Made by a program: the position numbers and the translations under genes
The notes under the pieces: generated by a model
The model's database searches: none
Seen by the model: the letters and a program-made list of their open reading frames with translations, nothing else
Told to the model about the DNA's origin: nothing
Part shown: positions 25,325 through 38,539 of the stretch, piece after piece
Position numbering within the stretch: the first letter of the stretch is position 1
Layout: every line of letters begins with the position of its first letter
NCBI RefSeq assembly: GCF_006345805.1
Contig: NW_021833050.1
Span: 1-64,000 of the forward strand
Length of the DNA: 64,000 bases
Source of the DNA: Octopus sinensis
Lineage: Eukaryota
Direction: 5' to 3'

Positions 25325-26690
25325 CTTATAGCTGAATCACTACCAGAACTAAAGAAGTTTCAGGTGTGCAAGCAAAGTCTAGAATCGAAAGGCCTTAGAG
25401 TTAACATAGCAAAAACCAAAGTCTTAATAAGTAGGAAGGCAGACAACTCACAAATCCCTTCATGTAGATGGCCCTGCCCGATCTGTAGAAAAGGCATAGG
25501 TAGAAACTCTATAAGATGTACCCAGTGTAAGCTTTGGACACATAAGAAGTGCAGCAAAAATAGCTTTCAGGTGTGGAAGATGCACAGGTACAATAAACAC
25601 CGAAAATATACAGAAAATAGACTCTATGAACTGCCAGGGGGTAAGCTAGAGGTAGTAGATAGCCCCCATTATCTAAGTGACCAAGTTAGTAGTGGAGGTG
25701 AATGCTCTGGGAGTGTAGCTGTGAGAATAAGATTAGTTCAGATTAGGGCAAAGTTCAGAGAGCTTCCACCTCTGGTGGCAACAGAGGGCCTCTCCTTAAG
25801 AGAGAAAAGTAGATTGTATGGTGCCTGTATGTGAACAGATATGCTACATAGCAGTGAAACAAGGGCTGAGACAGCCGAGAAAATGCATAGACTTGAAAGA
25901 CATGAAGCCGGTATGCTTCATTGGATGTGCAATGTCAGTGTGCATGTTCGACATAGTGTAGGCACCTTGAAAGGAAAAGTTGGCTATAAGAGGCATCAGA
26001 TGTGGTGTGCAAGAGAGATGACTGTGCTGGTACGGTCAGGAGGTGTATATGGACAAGGTCAGCTGTGTAAAGAAGTGCCAATCAAGTTAAGTTAAGTTAA
26101 TTTTTTGGCTTAAAAAGCAAAAAGCAAGGCCATGTAGGGGGACATGGAGTTAAGTACAGGGTGGTGTTCATGTAAAGAGTTCAGGCCATTTCTGGTCAAG
26201 AGAGACTTTGAATTGAGCGGTCATCAGCATCTTCACTATCTCGTCCGGCAGCTTATTCCATGGATCCGCAACCCGGACGGAGAAAGCCCCTCTCCTTTGA
26301 TTGAGATGAAATCGTCGCAGATAGAGCTTTTCGGAGTGACCCCGCAGCCGACGCTGTGGAGCAAGAGTGAAGAACAGCTCTTTTGAGAGGTTACACTTTC
26401 TGCTTATGATGTTGTAAGCGAGAATGAGATCACCACGGCGTCGTCGTTTTTCTAGAGAATAAAGGTCGAGCGTCTTCAGCCTTTCTTCATAAGACAAATT
26501 CTTGAGACCAAGAACCATGTGGGTAGCCAGCCTAACTGTGGAGGGAGCATGTGGTAGGGGTAGACCCAGGAAGACATGGGATTAGGTGATGAAGCATGAT
26601 CTTTGAACTTTGGGCCTCACAAAGGCAATGACTTGTGACCGAGACATTTGGCAATATGCTGCGCTTGAGAAGACCCCTCAAGAAAAGTGA
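25325..26690 (+). mobile_element. Degenerate RTE-clade LINE, 3' part of the RT ORF, interrupted by a CR1 insertion
   Basis: KQSLESKGLRVNIAKTKVL, Cys cluster CPICRKGIGRNSIRCTQCKLWTHKKCS, LEVVDS..YL, MLHSSET, GRGRPRKTW; contains frameshifts and stops. Confidence 0.85.
26083..26531 (-). mobile_element. 5'-truncated CR1/L2-type LINE 3' end with (TTAAC)n tail, nested in the RTE
   Basis: LSYEERLKTLDLYSLEKRRRRGDLI...LRGHSEKL...FSVRVADPWNKLP; the RTE reading resumes on the other side. Confidence 0.88.
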
Positions 26691-27369
26691 TATCAGGTGT
26701 CACATAACTGGTACCTATGCCAGTGGCTCGTTAAAAGCACCTTTTGAGCATTGGGCCTTACAGAGGCAAAGTGGCCGATGCTAGTAGCATGTGAAAAGCA
26801 TCTTTCAAGTGTTGGGCATCACACAGGCAATGACGAATGATTGGACATAATCTCTTTTGGGCAAGAAATGTAAAATAAAGTTTATTATAAATAAAACAAA
26901 CACTTGGTAATTTAATAGTTTTCAATGTGATACCTGTTAAACAGAAATTATTTATATTTGATGAAAATTTAATAAAATCTAATCAGAAGCCCCTTCTTGG
27001 GACACAAAACTCTACTTGTAAGTAGAGTAAGTGAAATTATGCTAAATACAACTAAATTGAAAACCCTTTTCTCCTGGCTATATCAGCAATTCTGAAAACC
27101 CCCATCAAGGCAAGTAAAATCACACTTGTCACAGATACTGGTATCACGCAAATGGCACCCATGCTGGTAGTACGTAAAAGCACCCATTACACTCTCAGAG
27201 TGGTTGGTGTTAGGAGAGGCATCCAGCCATAGAAAACCATGCTAAATAAGACTGGAGTCTGGTGCAGCCTTCCAGCTTGCTAGCCCTGGTCAAACTGTCC
27301 AATCCATGCCAGCACGGACAGCAGATATTAAATGATGATGATAATGATGATAATAATGATATATATATT

Positions 27370-27780
27370 ACTATTTACTATTTTACTAGTTTCAGTCATT
27401 TGATTGTGGCCATGCTGGAGCACCGCCTTTAGTCGAGGAAATCGACCCCAGGACTTTTTATTTGTAGGCCTAGGGCCTAGTACCTTGGGGTCGCTTTTGC
27501 CGAACCGCAAAGTTACGGTGACGTAAACACACCAGCATCGGTTGTCAAGCGATGTTGGGGGGGACAAACACAGACACACAAACATATACACACACACACA
27601 TATATATACATATATACGATGGCCTTCTTTCATTTTCCGTCTACCAAATCCACTCACAAGGCTTTGGTCGGCCCGAGGCTATAGGTAGAAGACACTTGCC
27701 CAAAGTGCCCTGCAGTGGGACTGAACCCGGAACCATGTGGTTGGTAAGCAAGCTACTTACCACACAGCCACTCCTACGCC
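27370..27780 (-). mobile_element. SINE family B
   Basis: Family body on the minus strand. Confidence 0.78.
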
Positions 27781-27786
27781 TATATA

Positions 27787-28387
27787 AGAGAGTCGTTCGT
27801 CGAGGGGCGGTGCCTGCCATACGTTGATAATAGGCAAACACCTTGAAACCTAGGTCCGTATGTGGCATCCGCTTCTTCGGGGAATGATCTCCCTTTGCAG
27901 GCTAGAGGACGCCGTGATGGCGTCAGCCCTCCTGGTGACGTTGATGATCGCCTGGGGCTAAATGCATCAGTAACACCCCCACCGCCCTGCCCTGTCCCTA
28001 GCCACATTCAGATGGCTAACGTCCCTTATGTTATGGAGCAGTTACTGTCTATATCTCGTTTAGAGAATTATTATTGCTGTCGAACAGATTTTCTACATCA
28101 GCAAATGTATTTACTGTGAAAATCTTTATATATAGCCTGCACAGAGAGTCGTTCGTCGAGGGGCAGTGCCTGCCATACGTTGATAATAGGCAAACACCTT
28201 GAAACCTAGGTCCGTATGTGGCATCCGCTTCTTCAGGGAATGATCTCCCTTTGCAGGCTAGAGGACGCCGTGATGGCGTCAGCCCTCCTGGTGACGTTGA
28301 TGATCGCCTGGGGCTAAATGCATCAGTAACACCCCCACCGCCCTGCTCTGTCCCTAGCCACATTCAGATGGCTAACGTCCCTTATGT

Positions 28388-28390
<3 letters not shown>
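27787..28390. repeat. Two near-identical ~245-bp GC-rich copies (27787-28032, 28144-28388)
   Basis: About three substitutions between the copies; several hairpins. Confidence 0.9.
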
Positions 28391-28420
<30 letters not shown>

Positions 28421-28726
28421 AAAAAGAGTGAAAAACTACAGAAGGCTTGTGTTATATGGTTAAAGGATATATTTAAGTCGTTATATTAGAAAAATGTTAG
28501 AAAAAGATCTTGTGAATTTTCCGAAAGTCCTCTCCCCAGTTTTCATATCCATGTAATACACATTGTTTTATGCCTATTACACTTGTTTAATTTTTGTGTT
28601 TGTTTTGATAACCGGGTGTTTAAGTAAACATAAACCAAATTTTCTGAAAATTCTAAAAAAATAAAATTATGACGGGTTATATGGGTGCTTTAAACCAGAA
28701 TTCTGTCTAGGATAGGAGCCACCCAA

Positions 28727-29440
28727 GGATTTTTTGCTTTGAACGGCAGTTTTTTCTAGCGGTGTCATATGAAATTGTCACCCATAATTATGACCCTAGA
28801 ATCGATCTATTGCATTTCAATCTGTTTTAGGGTTAGGGGTGGGAGGAAGGGTATCTTTTTTCTTCAGAAATGTAAATAAACTCAATCTGCTTCTTAAACG
28901 AGGGACATATTCATACGACACAGAATGTTTTCACCTCAATAGACGTCATTGATTGTTTGAAATTGCAGAAATTGAAAAAAAAAAAACAACAATAATTATC
29001 TTACAAACTATAGAATTTTCTCAATAAAACCAAGAGAAGAAGATGTTTTATAAACACATTCTACCAGTTTACGAAGTTTAAAAGTGTTTAGTTACGTGGA
29101 AATAATTTAAAAAACTGCCGTTCAAACCGAAAAGATCCGTTTTTTTCTTCAATTTCTGCAATTTCAAACAATCAATGACGTCTATTGAGGTGAAAACATT
29201 CTGTGCCTTATGAATATGTCCCTCGGGATCTTTTCGGTTTGAACGGCAGTTTTTAACATACTTTCCACGTAACTAAACACTTTTAAACTTCGTATACAGT
29301 TTTACAGCTATTACACTTGGTAGAATGTGTTTATAAAACATCTTTTTCTCTTGGCTTTATTGAGAAAATTCTATAGTTTCTAAGATATGGATCTTTTCGG
29401 AAATTATTTTAAAAAACTGCCGTTCAAACCGAAAAGATCC
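28727..29440. mobile_element. Composite GGATCTTTTCGGTTTGAACGGCAG-TIR MITE cluster
   Basis: Several TIR copies (GGATCTTTTCGG / CCGAAAAGATCC) and shared internal sequence. Confidence 0.75.
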
Positions 29441-29665
29441 AAATTTTCTGAGAATTCTTAAAAATAAAAAAAGAAAATTATGACGGGTTATGTGGGTGCT
29501 TTAAACCAGAATTCCGTCTAGCATAGGAGCCCCTCGATCGGTCGGAAACCCAGACAGTTGTCCTGTATTCCCACGCGTTACCACTTCTCATTATAGGACC
29601 AGCAATGATCAGAGCTGACCTAGGGCTATACAATAACCGTGAAAAGCCACATTACTACCACTTCG

Positions 29666-29673
29666 ACTTCCGG
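29666..29673. promoter_or_regulatory. ETS-type motif ACTTCCGG in the probable PDZD11 promoter
   Basis: Motif lies about 130 bp upstream of the PDZD11 ATG in a CpG-containing unique region. Confidence 0.3.
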
Positions 29674-29799
29674 CACTTGACTGTTCTGTTGCTTGTCCCA
29701 CTTTCCTTATTTATTTTATACTTGTTAACGACGACAAAAACCGAGAGGCCATCGTACCCCGAGAGGGACAGGTAAAGATATAGACAGGCAGGTAACGAA

Positions 29800-29889
29800 A
29801 TGTCGTCTCCAGAAGTGAGATCCCTGGAGAACATGCGAGCGCAGTTGCCCCCCTATGAGCTTCCACCGTTCTGGGTGCCACCCGATAAA
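29800..29889 (+). CDS. PDZD11: PDZ domain-containing protein 11, coding exon 1
   Basis: ATG...MSSPEVRSLENMRAQLPPYELPPFWVPPDK|gtaaga; matches the PDZD11 'LPAYENPPAWIPPHE' motif. Confidence 0.9.
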
Positions 29890-30129
29890 GTAAGAACAAC
29901 TTCCTTATTAGATGTGTTTTGTCCGTGTTTTGATTACACGTAACGATTATTTATGTATGTACATACTCGCGCACCTTGAGTCGCTTTCGTTGCTTCTGCT
30001 ATAAATATTGATAAAAATATATACACGTGTACTTGTGCGTGCGTATACATGAGAAGTCTCCCGTCGAAGACGACGCGTGTGTGTGTATACACACACACAC
30101 ACACATATATAAATCTGTGTGTGTGTATA

Positions 30130-30246
30130 TATATAATATATATATCTATATATATATATAAATCTATGTGTGGGTACTTATATATATATATGTATATATA
30201 TATATATGTATATATATGTATATATATGTATAAATATATATAAATC

Positions 30247-30288
<42 letters not shown>

Positions 30289-30471
30289 AATCTATGTATA
30301 TATATATATATATATATATATAATCTGTATATATATATGTATATATATATTATATATATATATATATATAAATCTGTATATTATATGTATATATATATTA
30401 TATATATAAATCTGTATATATATATGTATATATATAATATATTATAATATATATATATAAATCTGTATATA

Positions 30472-30514
<43 letters not shown>

Positions 30515-30523
30515 CTGTATATA

Positions 30524-30574
<51 letters not shown>

Positions 30575-30583
30575 CTGTATATA

Positions 30584-30648
<65 letters not shown>

Positions 30649-30650
30649 CT
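30130..30650. repeat. (TA)n-rich array with aaatctgta spacers
   Basis: Direct reading. Comparable TA/TATG tracts at 15400-15900, 16950-17350 and 31230-31640. Confidence 0.9.
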
Positions 30651-31284
30651 ATGAGCCTCTTAAATCGTTTTGAGCCTCTTAAGTGTTAGTAAATATTGTA
30701 GAAATGATTATAAGTTTGCGTCCCGAATATATAAGAGCACCTGTCAAGATTTCAGCTTTGTGATAATGTTTACAACTATAATGTCTTTATTAACCATGAG
30801 GTTGAGAAAATGAGGGGACGATACGAGGACAGACAAAACAAAAGTTGGGGGTCAGGGTATCGAATGAGACGAAACGTATGAATAAACAAACAATTAAAAT
30901 ATATACAATTAAATGAGAATGAGTGATTAACAAAAAAAAAAATGAAGCGGAGGACGCGGTTGATCCCACAAACCACAAACTCACACTGAATATAAATCTA
31001 TGTATATATATTTCTTTACTACCCACAAGGGGCTAAACACAGAGGGGACAAACAAGGACAGACAAAGGGATTAAGTCGACTACATCGACCCCAGTGCGTA
31101 ACTGGTACTTAATTTATCGACCCCGAAAGGATGAAAGGCAAAGTTGGCCTCGGCGGAATTTGAACTCGGAATGTAACGACAGACGAAATACGGCTACGAA
31201 TTTCGCCCGGCGTGCTAACGTTTCTACCATGTATATATCTATATATAAATCTATGTATATATATATATATACATATGTACACTG

Positions 31285-31344
<60 letters not shown>

Positions 31345-31537
31345 ATATGTATGTATATATATATGTATATGTATGTATATATATATGTGTATATGTATGT
31401 ATATATATGTGTATATGTATGTATATATATATGTATATGTATGTATATATATGTGTATATGTATGTATATATATATGTATATGTATGTATATATATATGT
31501 ATATGTATGTATATATATGTAAATATATATATATATG

Positions 31538-31568
<31 letters not shown>

Positions 31569-31930
31569 GTATATATATGTGTATATATATATATATATGT
31601 GTATATATATGTGTATATATATATATATATATATAAATATATGTATGTATATATACCAGAGTAAACACATAAATGTGAAACAAGGTGGAAAAAATACCAG
31701 TGGTAGAGTAATATGCTTTATTTAAAGTATATATATATATAAAGCTATGTGTGTGTGTGTGTATATATATTACTTTTTTATGTACATTCCTTTATGTACA
31801 CTGTTTTGTTCTATTTTTTTAATGTTTAACTCTATAGTCTCTTATGTGGTGGTTTAATAAAGTATGTGATTGAGTATTATTATCTGGTAATTGATATTTG
31901 ATTTAGATGTATTTCTCCGTTTTCTTATCT

Positions 31931-31996
<66 letters not shown>

Positions 31997-32452
31997 ATAT
32001 ATATAAAGCTATGTGTGTGTGTATATATATATATATATAATTCTATGTATGTTTGAAACTTTGATCTGGGATAGGGTATCCCACAAAATAACCTGATCAG
32101 TCCAGAGGAAGTTGCAGCTTTCGTCTGATACGATTGTTTCAAGCCACGTAGATCAACAGCGAAACTGGACAGTCAGTCGACGGGTGGTCATGAACGGAAA
32201 GTCAGAAATGTTATTGATAACGAAGAAGCACAAGGAAACGGCAATCGTCTATGAAGATGGAGCAATGACAATGTTTGTGTGTGTGTGCTCTAGGCGCGCC
32301 CCTTATTATGTTAACATTATCCGTGATTATAATAAACAACTTCCCATATCTTTGTGTGAGTGCGTGTTTTATTGAGGAAGCTAAAAGCTTCTAATTTCGC
32401 GTTTTGAGCCTCTTAAATGTTAGTATATATTGTAGAAATGATTATAAGTTTG

Positions 32453-33387
32453 GGATCTTTTCCTTTTGAACGGCAGTTTTTAACATAATTTCTTGGTAAC
32501 TAAACACTTTTAAACTTCGTATACTGGTAGAATGTGTTTATAAAACATCTTTTTCTCTTGGCTTTATTGAGAAAATTCTATAGTTTGTAAGATATTTGTT
32601 GTTTTTTTCTTCAATTTCTGCAATTTCAACCAATCAGTGACGTCTATTGAGGTAAGAAAACATTCTGTGCCGTATGAATATGTCCCTCGGGATCTTTTCG
32701 GTTTGAACGGCAGTTTTTTAAAATAATTTCCACGTAACTAAACACTTTTAAACTTCGTATACTGGTAGAATGTGTTTATAAAACATCTTTTTCTCTTGGC
32801 TTTATTGAGAAAATTCTATAGTTTGTAAGATATGGATCTTTTCGGTTTGAACAGCAGTTTTTAGCATAATTTCTAGGTAACTAAACAATTTTAAACTTTG
32901 TATACTGGTAGAATGTGTTTATAAAACATCTTTTTCTCTTGGCTTTATTGAGAAAATTCTATAGTTTGCAAGATATGGATCTTTTCGGTTTGAACGGCAG
33001 TTTTTAACATAATTTCTAGGTAACTAAACACTTTTAAACTTCGTATACTGGTAGAATGTGTTTATAAAACATCTTTTTCTCTTGGCTTTATTGAGAAAAT
33101 TCTATCGTTTGTAAAATATTTGTTGTTGTTTTCTTCAATTTCTGCAATTTCAACCAATCAATGACGTCTATTGAGGTGAAAACATTCTGTGCCGTATGAG
33201 TATGTCCCTCTTTTAAGAAATAGATTGGGTTTATTTACATTTGTGAAGAAAAAAAAGATACCCTTCCCCCTAACCCTAACCCTAAAATAGATTGAAATGC
33301 AATAGATCGATACTAGGGTCATAATTATGTGTGACAATTTCATATGACACAGCTAGAAAAATACTGCCGTTCAAACCGAAAAGATCC
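32453..33387. mobile_element. Composite GGATC-TIR MITE with tandemly repeated 5' portions
   Basis: Four left-TIR copies (about 32453, 32690, 32836, 32978) and one right TIR ending at 33387. Confidence 0.8.
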
Positions 33388-33563
33388 CATTATCCGTGAT
33401 TATAATAAACAACTTCCATATGTTTGTGTAAGTGCGTGTTTTATTGAGAAAGTTAAAAGCTTCTAATTTCGCGTTTTGAGCCTCTTAAGTGTTAGTAAAT
33501 ATTGTAGAAATGATTATAAGTTTGCGTCCCGAATATATATGACACCTGTCAAGTTTTCAGCTT

Positions 33564-33930
33564 CGGTTACGACGACGAGGGTTCCGGTTGATCCGAATCA
33601 ACGGAACAGCCTGCTCGTGAAATTAACGTGTAAGTGGCTGAGCACTCCACAGACACGTGTACCCTTAACGTAGTTCTCGGGGATATTCAACGTGACACAG
33701 AGAGTGACAAGGCCGGTCCCTTGAAATACAGGTACAACAGAAACAGGAAGTAAGAGTGAGAGAAAGTTGTGGTGAAAGAGTACAGCAGGGATCACCACCA
33801 TCCCCTGCCGGAGCCTCGTGGAGCTTTTAGGTGTTTTCGCTCAATAAACACTCACAACGCCCAGTCAGGATTTCGAAACCGCGATCCTATGACCGCGAGT
33901 CCGCTGCCCTAACCACTGGGCCATTGCCCT
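33564..33930 (-). mobile_element. SINE family A
   Basis: Same body as 2243-2624. Confidence 0.82.
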
Positions 33931-34463
33931 CAGCTTAGTAAATAATGTTTACAACAGTAGCACTGCTTTTAGCTCCTAATTTAATTAAGGTGGTGTGCTG
34001 GCAGAATCGTTATCGCATTAGCTTAGCGGCCGGCCGTTCCTCCCGATTTTACGTTCTTAGTTCAAATGCCGCTGGGGTCGATTTTTGCCTTTTGGAGTCG
34101 ATAAAGTAAGTACCAGCTGAGTATTGGGGGTCAATATAATCGACTTAATTCCTCCCACCAAATTGCTGAGTCACTGTGCCATGGATTAATCTAATCCTGT
34201 GGTACTGTATATATATATATATATATCTATCTACAAAATTAGAGAATGGAGAATTTCTCCATTCTCTAATTTTGTAGTATTAATTTACGGTAATATTATT
34301 ACCTTTACCCATATAATGCAATAGATGAACTGATTGTTTGACAATTTTTAACATCTATGTATTAATTTTGTTGGGTACCTATCTAGCAGTATATTGGATA
34401 TATATTATCCCATGGTGGGTTGAATTTTCAACCCCTATCTCATTTTATAACCATATATATCTA

Positions 34464-34962
34464 TCTATATATATAAAACTGTAGTTGTGTGAGTGTCTGT
34501 CCCCTTCGATTTAGATTCCTAACTACTCCCACATTTTGCGGTGCAGTTTAACCAAATTCGGGTATCTTATAGTCGTGATTCATATCGAGCCCGTCTGAGT
34601 ATTAGCGTGCGTCTACGATGAGTCTACGATTTTAAAAATAATTTAACATCATTTTTTATTCCATTTTAATGCATAATTTTTCGTGTGTCGATGGCGGCGG
34701 AGTTGGCGTCCACGCTCAAACACCTGCACCTGTGTTTGCTTCTCCCCCTTCTTCCCTCCCTCGTGAAGCTGTGGGGAAGGGAGGAGTGTAAGGAATCAAC
34801 GTCGTAAAGCGTTGTCAAGGAGACCAGCGTTCTTTTAGAACAACGACACCAAAACAGAAATGGCTAAGAAAGCCCGAATATTTATAAGGGAAGTAACTCT
34901 GTAAAAATGCTTATATAGTTATTTCCCTTACAAACCCGAGCAACGCCGGGCGATACTGCTAG
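34464..34962 (+). mobile_element. Non-autonomous Helitron-like element (same family as 18779)
   Basis: A|TC start, shared body, hairpin cccgagcaacgccggg, CTAG|T end. Confidence 0.75.
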
Positions 34963-35995
34963 TATATATATATAAGGGTAGCAAAAAATTCTAGAAAAAA
35001 AAATTCTCCGCTACCAGCGGTCTAGTGAGAAAGAAAAGATAGTCAAAGACTATATAATATACATTCAACAATATAAGGAATGGCCCTGATAGGCCACTCG
35101 ACTCACTAGAAAGAGCAGCCAAACTCAAACCGCTAAATAGTTGTAATTCTGAAATTGCTGCTCTTTCTATTGAGTCGAATGGCCTATTAGGGCCATTCCT
35201 TATATTGTTGAATATATATATACCAATTAAGGACTAAGATTTGAGAACATAATCTTTTGTGGAGAATTGCGATTTGACGTCTATATCTAGCATGTTGACT
35301 GTCCACTTTTCGTGTTCAGTCCTTAATTGGTATATAAATATTTAATCTTCGGATTCTTTTTTTTAATATGCTAAGACCACTGGTTTTAATTGATAAAATA
35401 TGATTTCTACCCTTAATTAATTATATATATATATATATAATATATATAAATTTCTTTATTGCCCACAAGGGGCTAAACACAGAGGGGACAAACAAGAATA
35501 GACAAAGGGTTTAAGTTGATTACATCGATCCCAGTGCGAAACTGGTACTTTATTTATCGACCCCGAAAGGATGAAAGGCAAAGTCGACCTCGGCGGAATT
35601 TGAACTCGGAACGTAACGGCAGACGAAATACGGCCACGCATTTCGGCCGGCGTGCTAACGTTTCTGCCAGCTCGATGGCGATCCTTCGGTATCAGTACAC
35701 ACGTGACTTTGTTTACATTTCTGAAGATAAGAGAAACCCTTTTCTCCCCCCCCCCTAACCCTAGCCCCCTCCCCATATATAAAAAAAAACCCCACTTTCT
35801 TGAAATGTATCCAGTACTTCCGGTACTTATACCGAAATTACGCTATATATATATATACTTATTTTCGATACTAACAGTTGTTATTAACTCTCTGGCTGTC
35901 TAATAGTATTAATCATCGTTATATATCTGTCAACATATATATGTGTGTATGTGTATTCGTACTTGCATACGTACGTTGATATAACTTTTTTGTAT

Positions 35996-36027
<32 letters not shown>

Positions 36028-36452
36028 TTAACGTCCGTTTTCCATGCTGGCATGGGTTGGACGGTTTGACTGAAAAACAGTTAAGCTGGGGTGCTTGCAC
36101 TGAGCTTCAATCTGATTTGGCATGGTTTTTACAACTGGATGCCCTTCCTAATGCCAACCACTCCAAGAGTGTAGTGAGTGCTTTTTATGTGGCATATATA
36201 TATATAGAAATCTTCTGAAAATAAACACAACGATAACTCCATGCAATATAAACATAACGTCACAAGAAATTTGAAAAGCTACACGCGAAACCGGTATTTC
36301 TTTTAATTTATGTCATTATAAGGGAAAAGAATTTTTTAAAAAATTTTCTAATATTCTTCAGACATATGACGCAAATATATATATTTTTTAACATTCAAGC
36401 CTTCTGTCGTTTTTTCACTCTACTATTTCTATATTATATTATATATATATAT

Positions 36453-36483
<31 letters not shown>

Positions 36484-37243
36484 ACATATATATATATACA
36501 TTATATAATATATATATATATATATCATCATCATGATCGTTTAACGTCCGTTTTTCATCCTAGTATGGGTTGGACAGTTCGACTGGGGATCAGGGAAGCC
36601 AGAAGGCTGCATCAGGCTCCAGTCTGATCTGGCAGTGTTTCTACAACTGGATGCCCTTCCCAACGCCAACCACTCCGTGAGTGTAGTGGGTGCTCTTTAT
36701 GTGCCACCGGCACAGGTGCTAGGCGATGCTGGCAATGGCCATGATCGGATTGGTGCTTTTTACGTGCCACCTGCACGGAAGCCAGTCAAGGCGGCGCTGG
36801 CATCGGCCACGTTCGGATGGTGCTTGGCCGATGCCAGCACCATATATATATATATATATATGCAATTTAACATAAAATATAAATTACTAAGTAGACAAGA
36901 ACACAAGGAGACGACACAAAAAAACAACAGGTCACTCGAAGCCTCTGATCCTCAGTCGGGAACCGGATCATCTTAGTGATTTCGGCTGTTTAATCTCGAT
37001 ATCACTCCGAAACGGCCAGCCCCAAGGACACTCCAAGCCACAGGCATTGGACTCCCTGGCCAGAGGGCCGAATGTACACGGAACAAGGACAGGATGCCAC
37101 ACGAATGTAAAAATATATATGCTCAAGGTGCCATGCAGTTGGATTGAACCTGAAGCCATGTGCTTGGAAAATAAACTTTGTAACACACAGCCACGTGCAC
37201 CTTCTCTATTTCTATTTTTCTTTGTTTTTTACTTTTATTACAG

Positions 37244-37330
37244 CGTCCAAACCACCCTGATTACGACAACGATCTTCAGAAGTTCTTACCCAGAAATATC
37301 CATATAACGCGTAGCAATGCATCTGAACAG
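37244..37330 (+). CDS. PDZD11: PDZD11 coding exon 2
   Basis: ttttattacag|RPNHPDYDNDLQKFLPRNIHITRSNASEQ|gtcagt; compare human RVHHPDYNNELTQFLPRTITL. Confidence 0.92.
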
Positions 37331-38311
37331 GTCAGTCAAATCTAAACTCTATTTTACCCCGCCACATGTACCCCACCATACCTCACAAGGTTTAGGATCT
37401 GAGCCCCTACCCTCGTTTAGGACTGGAACTCACTGAATGGTCACTTACCATTCCTCATCATCCTTCAGCGACCCTTTTCCATGCCGGCATGGGTTGGACA
37501 GTTTGACCAGGGCTGGCAAGTTTGGGAGCTGCACCTGGTTCCAGTCTGATTTGGCATGGTTTCAATGGCCGGATGCCCTTCCTAATGCCAACCACGCTGA
37601 GAGTGTTGTGGGTGATTTTAACATGGCACCAACGCAGGGCTCTTGCAGGTGCCTCGTAATATTTGCCAGTATAAAAGATGCTCATTTGCATAGGACAGAC
37701 CCTTCCATTTTTGTGGAGAAAAAAAATTTAATGTTAGGGTAATTTCCATCCAGGAGTTTACCTTTCCAGTTGTCTTCAATATTATTCATGCAAGCCTTCT
37801 TTGCCTTTTCTTTGTTGATTTTTTTTTGGGGGGGGGGGGGTTTCCATCAGTGATAGGTTTGTCACCATTTGGTCTTTCTGATCATTAATTTCTAAATCAG
37901 GAGAAGCAATGGTAGGTCTGCTAGTATTTGCATGTCTTTGGTCATTCCTATTGTTAACATCATCATCATCATCGTTTAACGTCCGCTTTCCATGCTAGCA
38001 TGGGTTGGACGATTTTGACTGAGGGCTGGCAAACCAGATGGCTGCACCAGGCTCCAATCTTGATCTGGCAGAGTTTCTACAGCTGGATGCCCTTCCTAAT
38101 GCCAACCACTCCGAGAGTGTAGTGGGTGCCATTTACGTGGCACCGGCACAGGGACCAGACGAGGCTGGCAAACGGCCACGGTCGGATGGTGCTTTTTACA
38201 TGCCACCGACACATGGACAGTCAGGCTTCACTGGCAACGACCTTGCTCGGATCGTTTTACACATGCCAGTGAATCGACGTTGGTAATGATCACACTCGAT
38301 AATTATTATTA

Positions 38312-38344
<33 letters not shown>

Positions 38345-38400
38345 GTAGTAGTAGTAGTAGTGGCAGTAACAGTAACATGTTTCCTTTATATTATTTTCAG

Positions 38401-38457
38401 CTGGGATTCAACATCAGAGGTGGCAAAGAGCATCACTATGGTATTTTTGTATCAAAG
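38401..38457 (+). CDS. PDZD11: PDZD11 coding exon 3
   Basis: ttattttcag|LGFNIRGGKEHHYGIFVSK|gtaatt; PDZ carboxylate-binding loop region. Confidence 0.93.
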
Positions 38458-38539
38458 GTAATTCAAGCATTGCTTATTCAGCCACATTTATAGATATATA
38501 TATAGTAAATGAAAAGAATGCATTGTAAACAAACAACAA

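Noticed and set aside
27787-28390. U3, RNase P/MRP, SECIS, telomerase RNA or HDV-like ribozyme identity for the duplicated element
   Set aside because: Only isolated motif resemblances (TTGATGATCG, ACATTCAGA, GATGGCTAA); partner motifs such as box D, the P4 strand, the template or P1.1 are missing.
31094-31725. YI/IY-repeat ORFs here and at other TA tracts
   Set aside because: Dinucleotide microsatellite translations.
32040-32315. Unique, more GC-rich stretch in PDZD11 intron 1 as an exon
   Set aside because: No convincing paired splice sites or recognisable ORF on either strand.
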